Source: Chloropicon primus
Lineage: Eukaryota
Assembly (NCBI GenBank): GCA_023205875.1
Contig: CP060760.1
Location: 186,001-250,000 of the forward strand
Reading direction: 5' to 3'
Length of the DNA stretch: 64,000 nucleotides
Below the pieces are notes generated by a model, which saw nothing but the letters and a program-made list of their open reading frames with translations, was not told the origin of the DNA and did no database searches. Positions 10,487-19,108 of this stretch are shown one piece after another. The position numbers and the translations under genes are program-made. Each line of letters begins with the position of its first letter. The first letter of the stretch is position 1.

Positions 10487-11512
10487 TCAGTCGAAGACGA
10501 TCTTCTTTCCCTTGCCCTCGGCGATCCCCACCTTTTTCTTCGCCAGCTTCTTCGCCTGCCAAGAGGGGTGGAGGTTCTCTTCGTTCTCCCTCTCCGCCCT
10601 CACCCTCGTCACCCTCGTCGCCGCTGGTTTGTTTTGTCCTCCCTTGGGTTTGGGCTCCTGGGTCCGCCTGCGCCCGCCCTCCCCGGGCGCTGTCAGCCTC
10701 AGCCCCTTCCCGCCACTCGGTATGCTCCCACCGACGTTGCCCTTCTCGAACTCCTCCCTCTGCTCCTTGGAGGCGTTCTTCCAGTACGGGTGATCCTCGC
10801 TGACTTTCACTTGCAGGTGCTTGGCTTGCCAACCGTACGTCTTCTCCGCCAGGAGTCTCCTCGCCCTCTGGCCCATCCGCTTCTTCTGGGGCTGCTTCTT
10901 CTTGTTCTCCTTCGCCGGCCCGTCGTCCTTCGGATCGGACTTCTTCTTCTCCTTCTTCTTCTCCCTCCTCTGTTTCCTCTGCTCCTCGCGGTCCTTCGCT
11001 CCCTCTGCCTGCCTCTGCCTCTGAATCTTCTGCTGCTCGATCTGCTTCAGCAACTTTGATCGAGTCGCCAGCCACTCCCTCACGGCCTCCCTCACGCACT
11101 TGTGCCTCGAGATCCTCTGCAGGACCACGTCGTCGTAGCTCAGCTTCCCAAGCACTTCCCCCTCATCCCTTCCCGAGGTCGTCGCCGCGCCCTCCTCGCT
11201 CCCTCCGCCATTGGCTGCCGGCGACACAACCTCCGCCCTCAAAGCCTCGCACATCGCGTCGGCGTCCACTTCCTTGGCACTCTCGAGCTGCCTCTTCAGC
11301 TTTTCGCCGCCATCCCCCTCCCCCTCGCCCTCCACGCCCTTCATCCTCCTCAGTATCTTCCTCGCTTCAAACTTCGCTGCCTGCTTGATGCCTTGCTTCA
11401 AACGCTTCTCGTAATGGTAGTCCTTCTTACGAATGTCATCCTCACCCAGGGAAGGACCCACCCTCTTCTTCCTCCCGCCCTCCGCCCTCCCCCGCCCTCG
11501 AGGAACCCTCAT
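10487..11512 (-). CDS. BUD22/SRFBP1-family ribosome biogenesis protein
   Basis: RMGQRARRLLAEKTYG..AKH and the C-terminal LHPSWQAKK...GKKIVFD motif. Confidence 0.8.
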   Translation of the reverse strand: MRVPRGRGRAEGGRKKRVGPSLGEDDIRKKDYHYEKRLKQGIKQAAKFEARKILRRMKGVEGEGEGDGGEKLKRQLESAKEVDADAMCEALRAEVVSPAANGGGSEEGAATTSGRDEGEVLGKLSYDDVVLQRISRHKCVREAVREWLATRSKLLKQIEQQKIQRQRQAEGAKDREEQRKQRREKKKEKKKSDPKDDGPAKENKKKQPQKKRMGQRARRLLAEKTYGWQAKHLQVKVSEDHPYWKNASKEQREEFEKGNVGGSIPSGGKGLRLTAPGEGGRRRTQEPKPKGGQNKPAATRVTRVRAERENEENLHPSWQAKKLAKKKVGIAEGKGKKIVFD

Positions 11513-11886
11513 GCTCCTCCCCCTCCTCCGCCTCCTCCACCCTTTCCCAACCCTTTTCCCAACCACTCCAAACGCTCCACAGGTCAACCGAGGTACCGAC
11601 GGAAAGCTCGCGACAAGACGCTTCCCTTCGAAGTGGTCGACACGTCCGACTCCCACTCCCGTCGCCCTCCTCCTCGCTTTCCTCGACCACCTTCCTTCCC
11701 CTTGGCCGCCACCAGGATTCTCGCTTGGGGCTTGACCGGAGGAGAGGAGGAGGATTCCATTCGCGCGGGCCTTGGCAAAACGTAACGGCCGCGGGCATCA
11801 TTCGTAACGCATCGGGTTGGCTTTTTCGTAACGCTTGGGGCTTGGCCCTCGCCGCAACAACAGCGCTTGGTTTCGCCTCCCGAGTA

Positions 11887-11936
11887 AGGAGAGGAGAGGA
11901 GAGGAGAGGAGAGGAGAGGAGAGGAGAGGAGAGAGG
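11887..11936. repeat. (AGAGG)n microsatellite
   Basis: About 10 pentamer units. Confidence 0.9.
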
Positions 11937-12043
11937 TTGTTGTTGTTGTGCAGGTGGTCGAGGGGCAGAGAGAGGCTCTCTACCCCACAGCATAGCACAG
12001 ATGTCCTGAGCTCGGAAGGAGGTTCACGTGGTTCGGTGGGGTG

Positions 12044-13930
12044 ATGTCGGCTCGACTGCGTCTCGGGGCGGCGGTGGCGGCGGTGGTGGCCATGTCTCTG
12101 CTGCTCGGGGGGACGAGCGCGAGGACCCTCTCGAACGAGGAGCTCGACGCGGGCGAGAAGGAGTTCGTCAATGAAATCCTGCGGCACGGTGCGAGCTCTG
12201 AGGGCGGAGAATCCATCCTATCGATCGCGGAGGAGTATGCGGAAGAGGCCCACGGCCACGGCGGGGGAGCCGGCAAAGGTGGGGAGAAGGCGGAAGAGAG
12301 CGAGGGGGCGAGCGAGAAGAACAACGCGACCCACGTGACCCTCGCGACCGTTTTCGACGAGGCCGTCAACAAAGAGTTCCAGGACGAGTCCACGGTGAAG
12401 AACCAGGACACCGGCAAGAGCAATTACAACGTTTCGCTGGAGAAAGCGGATGCGAGGGAGGAGACGGTCGTGAGGATCAATCCCAACAAGGCGCTGCACC
12501 CCCCGGAATCGACGGCCGATGGGCAGGGGTCCAACGAGCCCGCGGAGGAGGAAACGCAGGAGGAAGTAGACAAAGTGGAAGAGCTCATCGATCAGCAGAA
12601 CAACGAGTACGTTCTCGCTAACCCGAACACTGGCGGCGTGGCACAGCAGCTGGATTCCGTTCTGCTGCAGGATCTCACGCTCATGCTGGTGGCCTCCTCC
12701 ACCTCCGGGATGGTTCTGGAGACGCTGAACATGTCGCCCGTCAGCGGCTACATCCTCTCAGGGTCGGTGCTGGGTCCGGGAGGGTTTGGCCTGCTCCACA
12801 GGCTCGTGCAGATCGAGACCATCTCGCAGCTCGGGGTCTACATGCTGCTGTTCGTTCTCGGCCTGGAATTCAAGCTCGAGAAGTTGAACGGGATCAAGAG
12901 AGTCACACTCCTTGGCGGGCTTTTGGAAGTTGCTTTGATGGCCGCTGCGATTGGGATCATCGCTTTTCTGAGCGGAGGGGTGGCGAAGAGTGGGTTGCTG
13001 CTGGGGGCGACTCTCAGCATGTCGAGCACCACTATTGTCTTGAAAAGTCTGGAGGGGCACAGCAACCAAGTCATGTTCAAGCGAGTCGTCACGGGGACCC
13101 TGCTCTGCCAGGACACGGTGGTTGGTCTCCTGTTTGCCCTCGTGCCCGTATTTGGGCTCAAGGAATTGGATTCCGGTGCCCTTGGCAGTTTCTTCGCCAA
13201 GCTTGTTGCCTCTCTCGCATGCTTTGTGTTGCTCTCATTCGTTCTGAGCGCATTTGTCATGCCCACCGCCCTGAGTTGGATTCAGAGATGCGGCAGCGTG
13301 GAGTTGCTCAGGCTCTTCTCAGTGGCATTCTGCTTCACGATGGCATCCCTGGGGGGAGTCTTTGGCGTCTCAGAGGAGCTGGGCGCCTTTGCTGCGGGTG
13401 CAATCATCGGGGGCGTGGGGCACCACGGGGAACGAACGTTGCAGAACATCAATCAGTTGGAAACTGTGTTTGTTGCCCTGTTCTTGTGCTCGATTGGAAT
13501 CATAATGTCCCCTGGCTTTCTTGCAGAGCACTGGGTGTTCTTCTTGACTTCCTTCTTGGCGATCTTGGCCATAAAGTTTCTGGTGTTTTGGCTGGTGTTG
13601 GCTCTGCTTTTGACGCCCAAGGAGGGGCGGATCGCGTGGTCCGTCGCCCTCGCCCTCACTCCGATCTCAGAGTTCGCTTTTGTGGTCATAGGCCGCAGCT
13701 ACAAGCTCCAAATCATCAAGAGCTCGTGGTACTTCCTTCTAGTAGGCGTCGTTGGTTTGTCGATGCTGACGAGCCCGCTGTTGATCCAAGGGGCGAAGCT
13801 GGGAATCCGATCAGCGCCAGACCAGCACCAGCACCAGGCCGTGGAAATGTCAGCCGAAACGAGCACAAGCGCAAGCCCTCCGAGGCGGGGGCCCTCGCCG
13901 GTGGTGAGAAGGAAGCATACTTTATCGTAA
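12044..13930 (+). CDS. K+/H+ antiporter, CPA2 family (KEA4/5/6-like)
   Basis: Signal peptide, acidic luminal N-domain, LLFVLGLEF, SMSSTTIVLK, QD motif, ELGAFAAG and ISEFAFV. Confidence 0.88.
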   Translation: MSARLRLGAAVAAVVAMSLLLGGTSARTLSNEELDAGEKEFVNEILRHGASSEGGESILSIAEEYAEEAHGHGGGAGKGGEKAEESEGASEKNNATHVTLATVFDEAVNKEFQDESTVKNQDTGKSNYNVSLEKADAREETVVRINPNKALHPPESTADGQGSNEPAEEETQEEVDKVEELIDQQNNEYVLANPNTGGVAQQLDSVLLQDLTLMLVASSTSGMVLETLNMSPVSGYILSGSVLGPGGFGLLHRLVQIETISQLGVYMLLFVLGLEFKLEKLNGIKRVTLLGGLLEVALMAAAIGIIAFLSGGVAKSGLLLGATLSMSSTTIVLKSLEGHSNQVMFKRVVTGTLLCQDTVVGLLFALVPVFGLKELDSGALGSFFAKLVASLACFVLLSFVLSAFVMPTALSWIQRCGSVELLRLFSVAFCFTMASLGGVFGVSEELGAFAAGAIIGGVGHHGERTLQNINQLETVFVALFLCSIGIIMSPGFLAEHWVFFLTSFLAILAIKFLVFWLVLALLLTPKEGRIAWSVALALTPISEFAFVVIGRSYKLQIIKSSWYFLLVGVVGLSMLTSPLLIQGAKLGIRSAPDQHQHQAVEMSAETSTSASPPRRGPSPVVRRKHTLS

Positions 13931-13955
13931 CCTCTCAGATGTCAAATTAGAAATT

Positions 13956-15120
13956 TTATCGCACGATGCTATCCCAGGGCCCGTGCCTGTGGCATTCCGC
14001 CGGCCTCTGGTCGCGGCGAAGCTCTTGCTTTTCCAGGCCGCGTGTGTAGGACCCCAGGTACTTGCCGTCCAAGTACTGCTCTAGGTTTACAAACTGTGGA
14101 ATCGCCCACCAGCAGTCTTCCTCCATTCTGAGGTTCCCCTTCTTCAACCGGAACCACCCGTTCTCACCCCAGTATGTTCCCCAAGAGTTCCTGGCGATCC
14201 AGTACTCGACACCATCCTCGGTGACGTCCCAACCAGCAACCTCAACGTCATGGTCCACGGCCTCCTCCGGGTATTCGAAGTCGTCCGTGAAGACGCCGCC
14301 GTGGGCAGCTGCATTGATCGAGTAGTTGTAGACGAACTCATCCGTAGCAGCAAAAGAGCAAGTGATCGGCCCATTTTCGAAGATTTCCTTGGCCATCGCC
14401 TCGGAGCCGTTAACGCGACCAAAGCTGCGAACACCGAAGCCGGTGAAGGCTTTCAACGCAAAGCAGGTGCCCGAGGCCTCGCAATTGGTGCACAAAGGAG
14501 CGCACTCCCCGTTGCGAGCCATGTAGGGCTGGCACCCTTCATCCTGGTGGGTTACCACAAGGCGAGAGAAAGCTCTTGTCAGTATTTCTTCGAGAAAGCC
14601 GCCATCCTGCTAAGCTGTCAATGGAGTCCCTCGCACACACGCTACTCACCGGCATCGGCGTGTTCTGCATGAGGCCGAAAACCATGTAAGGCTCCCCTCC
14701 CAAACAGCCAGGGGCAACACCGCTGCTGTTCGTGGCGCAGTTCACCACCGCTTGGCGGGATATCATAACATCGGGCCAAGCGGCTTTTCGTGCAATCTTG
14801 ACCCTGTCGTTCAGCTGCGCGACGGAGCCGTGAACCCAGCAGCTCCCGCAATAAGTGGGAACATGCTGGTTCACGTCGCTCGTGCAGTAATTGACGCCAT
14901 CCACGTCCCGCCAATCGAAATGCCTGGGCAACGGACGGTGACGGTCGCCATGGACGACGGTTTGGTCGGCGTGTGCGAAGCCACTGAGCCATGACGAGGC
15001 CAGGCGACTCGTACTGGGCAGTGGCCTCGCCCCGTCCTTGACGTGGCCTTGGAAGACACCAAACGCGGGTTCGTGTCGTGCAAACAGAAGAGCAACGAGA
15101 AGGATTGCTGCCGCCGTCAT
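13956..15120 (-). CDS. CTSZ: Cathepsin X/Z-like papain-family cysteine protease; 2 exons, predicted intron 14544-14649
   Basis: Signal peptide; FDWRDVDGVNY..NQHVPTYCGSCW with the cathepsin-X mini-loop; DHDVEVAGW; RNSWGTYWGENGWFR. The splice joins TPMP to DEGCQPY. Confidence 0.88.
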
Positions 15121-15331
15121 CGCGCTATGATTTAGACCCACTCCCTCGGTGCAACGCCACTCGCTCGCTCACTCTCTCTCTCTCTCCCTCTTGAGGCGAC
15201 CCTTTGCTCTTTCTCTTCTGGTGGATTTCTCCCTTCCGCTGAATCATAACGGCCGAGCACGAGGGCGAACGAGGACGAAACGAGACAGAGAGAGAGAGGG
15301 AGAGAGAGAGAGAGAGAGAGAGACGAAAGGA

Positions 15332-15877
15332 GGTCACCTTGATGTTCTGCAGTGGCTTCGAAGACAGAATCCGCCATGCTCTTGGGACTGGAGGACTTGT
15401 GCTGGTGCAGCTGAAGAAGGTCATTTTCATGTGTTGAAGTGAGCTCGGAAACAGAATCCGCCTTGTCCTTGGAACGAGCGGACTTGTTCTCATGCAGCTC
15501 AAGGAGGTCACCTTCATATTCTGCAGTGGCTTCGAAGACAGAATCCGCCATGCCCTTGGGACGAGGAAACGTGTTGGTTTCCAGCATCTAGAGGTCACCT
15601 TTATGTTATTCAGTGGGCTCGGAAACAGAATCCGCCATGCCCTTGGGCCTCGGTGTCTTGTGCTGGTGCAGCGTCCGAAGGCCAGCTTCACGTTCTGCGG
15701 TGGCTTCGCAGTCAGAATCCGCCTTGTCCTTGGATCACCGAGGAATGCTTGTATTGGGCAGAAGGGAAGGGTCACGAGCACGTCGTGGAGTGGGTTTATG
15801 AATTACGTAGGGCAAAGGCGCTGAAGAGGAAGGAGAAAAAGAAGGAGGAGGAGGAGGAGGAGGAGAGCACGTCGTGA
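15332..15877 (+). pseudogene. 5'-truncated ankyrin-like repeat gene fragment with an in-frame stop
   Basis: Repeats start at 15332, 15419, 15506, 15593, 15680 and 15770 and encode GHL.VLQWLR.QNPPCPW...TC..AA. TGA at 15440-15442 replaces the conserved Trp. No start codon; preceded by (GA)n. Confidence 0.8.
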
Positions 15878-16048
15878 AGTGGATCTAAACCACCTGTCAT
15901 AAACCTCACTTCTTTCCCCTCTCATCATTCCCCTTTCCCTCGACCTTGGCTCCTCTCTCCCTGCAGACCAGACACAAGGCGGCCGCCGGCGAGCAGTGCG
16001 AAGAGAGTGAGAGAGAGAGGAGCGAGGAGAGGAGAGGAGAGAGAGGCC

Positions 16049-17770
16049 ATGGGACGGAAGGTGAAGAAGAAGGAAGACATGAGCCTCCTCGACGGTTCCG
16101 AGTCTGAGTCCGAGGACGGCGGCGAGGGATTCAAGGTGAACGAGGAGTACGCGAGGAGGTTCGAGCATAACAAGCGGAGGGAGGAGATGCACCGGTTGCA
16201 GGAGAAGCACCCAGAGCTCGCGGCGAGACTTGCGAGGGGTGGAGGTGACCTGGGCGAGGAGGACGAGACGAGCACGTCGGAGGACGAGAGCGGCGACGAC
16301 TTGATATCGGCGAAGGAGAACGAGGACATGCTCCGAACTCTGGTGAAGATCAGGAACAGGGACCCGTCGATATACAAGGCAGACTCTCAGTTTTACTCGA
16401 CTGGTGAGGAGGAGGAGGGCGGCGATGGGGCGAGGAGGAAGAAGAAGGACAGGTCGAAGAATGCGAACACGTTGAGGAGCATTATGGCGAGGAGGGCTCT
16501 GGAGGAGGGAGCGGAGGCTCTGGCGAAGGACGACTTTTCGAGCGAGGATGAAGGCGGTTCCAAGGTGATGACTTACAACCAAGAGCAGGAGCAAGTGAGG
16601 AGAGCCTTCACGGATGCGGCGGGGGAGGAGTCCAACTCCGGTGAGAGTGACGGGGACGACTCCGACCTGGATGGCTTGCAGCAGGTGAAGGGGTCTGGCG
16701 TGAAGGGTGGGGAGGAGGACGTGAGCGGCGACGCCGTTGGAGGCAAGAAGTCCAAGAAGGTGACCCAAGAGCTCCTCGACGACTACTTCGGGAAGGAGGA
16801 CGCCATGGCCGAGAAGGACAAGAGCTTCCTGAAGGATTACATCATGAACGATGGGTGGACTCACAAGGACGGCGAGGCGGTGGAATACGAAGTGGATGAC
16901 CAGGAGGACGAGCGCTACTTGGAGCAAGCCGAGACTTTTGAGACCAACTACAACTTTAGGTTCGAGGAGCCCGACTCTGCGAGGATCGAGACTTTCCCCA
17001 GGGTGATCGAGTCGTCCATTCGTAAGAAGGAGAGCAAGAGGAAGAGGCAGAGGGAGAGCAAGCAGGAGAGAACTGCGAAGAGGAAGGAGGAGGAAGCCCT
17101 CGAGGTGAAGAGGCTGAAGAACTTGAAGAAGGCTGAGATCAGGGACAAGCTCGAGGAGATCCGAAAGGTGTCTGGGCTCGGCGAGGGAGACCTGGATCCT
17201 TCTCTCTTGGAAGACGACTTCGATCCAGATAAGTTTGACGCGTCCCTTGAGAAGATCTTCAACGGGGCGTACTATGGGCAGGAGGACAAGGAGCTCGACA
17301 TGAAGGAGTCTGGGAGCACGGAGCTGAACCAGCTGCTGGAGGAGTACGATAAGATCGACTACGAGGATCGCATCGGGGACATCAAGTGCAGGTTCAACTA
17401 CAAGGAAGTCTCCAAGAATGATTTCGGGATTGATGCCATCGCCTTGCTTTCCTCGACCGACGCGGAGCTCAACCAGATGGTGAGCAAGAAAGCCCTGGCT
17501 CCGTACTCGACGTTCGTTCCCAAGAACAAGCCGAGGTACTACAACGCCGGCGGGCAGGAATCCAAGTCGAAGAAGAAGAAGAAGAAGGACGAGGCCAAGG
17601 TGTCCACCACGGAGGAGAGGCGCGCGGACTCCTACGCCCTGCCCACGCTTGGGGGGAAGAGGAAGAAGGAGGAGCAGAAGCCAGCCACGAAGCAGTACTT
17701 CAACAAGGGCGAGAAGAAGAGGGCCAAGAGAGCCGAGAAGAGGAGGAAGAAGCAAGTTGGGTCCGTGTAA
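16049..17770 (+). CDS. KRI1: KRI1 40S ribosome biogenesis factor
   Basis: FKVNEEYARRFEHNKRREE, FETNYNFRFEEP and DYED.IGDIKCRFNY...ELNQ.VS.K.LAPY. Confidence 0.93.
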   Translation: MGRKVKKKEDMSLLDGSESESEDGGEGFKVNEEYARRFEHNKRREEMHRLQEKHPELAARLARGGGDLGEEDETSTSEDESGDDLISAKENEDMLRTLVKIRNRDPSIYKADSQFYSTGEEEEGGDGARRKKKDRSKNANTLRSIMARRALEEGAEALAKDDFSSEDEGGSKVMTYNQEQEQVRRAFTDAAGEESNSGESDGDDSDLDGLQQVKGSGVKGGEEDVSGDAVGGKKSKKVTQELLDDYFGKEDAMAEKDKSFLKDYIMNDGWTHKDGEAVEYEVDDQEDERYLEQAETFETNYNFRFEEPDSARIETFPRVIESSIRKKESKRKRQRESKQERTAKRKEEEALEVKRLKNLKKAEIRDKLEEIRKVSGLGEGDLDPSLLEDDFDPDKFDASLEKIFNGAYYGQEDKELDMKESGSTELNQLLEEYDKIDYEDRIGDIKCRFNYKEVSKNDFGIDAIALLSSTDAELNQMVSKKALAPYSTFVPKNKPRYYNAGGQESKSKKKKKKDEAKVSTTEERRADSYALPTLGGKRKKEEQKPATKQYFNKGEKKRAKRAEKRRKKQVGSV

Positions 17771-17883
17771 CGGGTCAAGTGTAACGCGAGTTTCTGTTCC
17801 CAATTTTGCACGGTTTTACCCTCTTGACTTGACCATGAAAAATAAAGTCCCGTCGATGGCACAGGAAAAGGAGGAGAAACAAG

Positions 17884-17934
<51 letters not shown>

Positions 17935-18369
17935 CTCAAAGTGCCTGAGTCATAGTCACAGCAGCGGCATTCTACGACATTTCCTTTCGGCAAATCCATG
18001 TTAAGCGCAACTTTTCCTTCCGTATTGGTCAGACTGAGGAAGACAACTCCTCCTTGTAGATGTTCCATCTTCCGAAGATGGACACGAAGTCTTTAGCCCT
18101 TGGCTGTTGCTCTCTCAGCCTTGGGGAAAACATTTCCGCAGTGGTAAAACCAGCTTACACCCAACATTTCCGTAAAGTATGGGGCGCCCCATACTTTCCA
18201 AGAAAAAAATGAGTTCCCCCCGTTTCTGTAGTAAATCCAACTTAATCCAAATCCACAAGGAAATCGTGTCGTAGGACGCTCCCAAGGGGTGGCACAAGTC
18301 TTGCGCCATAGCTCAACCCAAACGAGGAGGTAAGGCTGCTACCGCTGTTTGCTCTCTCTCTCTCTCTCT

Positions 18370-18720
18370 CTCTCTCCCACTGGCCGCCTTGTCGCTTGCT
18401 GGCTAGGGGCACAGCACCAGGACAACGCGAGCTTTGCTCTCTGGCCAACTTTTCGTCTTCCCCTGTCCCGCTCTGCTTTGTTGGAGGGACCTTGGGGGGT
18501 GCAAGGAAAGGGGTCACTTGCCTTGGGCCTCTCTCTGCCTCTGTCCTGCCTTGCTGCTTGGTAGTGACCCTCGGGGCAGAGGACCAGAACGGGTTGGAGG
18601 GCAAGGGAAGGAGAGGCTCGCTCTTCTGCCAACTTTGCGTCTTCCCCCGTCCGTTCCACTCTTGTTTTGTGGGACAAGGGGAGGACCTTTGTGGGTCACT
18701 GGCCCCAAGTGGTTTCCTTT
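18370..18720. repeat. Degenerate direct duplication, offset ~167-184 bp
   Basis: GGGGCA.AG.ACCAG.AC at 18406/18573, GCCAACTTT.CGTCTTCCCC at 18444/18628 and GGGTCACT at 18511/18693. Confidence 0.65.
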
Positions 18721-19108
18721 TCCTGGCTCGGCGTGTGGGAGGGAGAAGAGAGGCGTGGCGTCTCGTGATTGATTGTGGAGTCCTGACTCGGTGTTTTTCC
18801 TATTGAACTCTTTGTCCCGCGACAACAGAGAGACAGTGGAGTGACTCCACCCTCTCTGGTGTACCCTGCTACGGCAGCAGAAGTTCACTGAACGGGAGGT
18901 TGAGCTTGAGAGAGTGAGAGGAATCAGAGACCCGGCCTTGGACTTGTAGCGTTGGAGCAACTTTTGGGAGACGATGTACGGCTGATTCGTCGTGACTGGA
19001 AGAAGCAAAAAGGAAATAGTTTGAACCAAAAGTCGTCCGGGTGTGTGCGTGTGTGTGTTTGTATTGAATTGAAGGAAAGAAACGAGAGGACTTTTTTTAT
19101 AGTTCAGT

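Noticed and set aside
15440..15442. Selenocysteine or reassigned TGA codon
   Set aside because: The position is Trp in sibling repeats, TGA is a normal stop in neighbouring genes, and no SECIS was recognised.
15332..15790. 87-bp periodic array as a CRISPR array
   Set aside because: Whole units are homologous and keep a protein reading frame; there are no unique spacers and no cas genes, and the context is eukaryotic.
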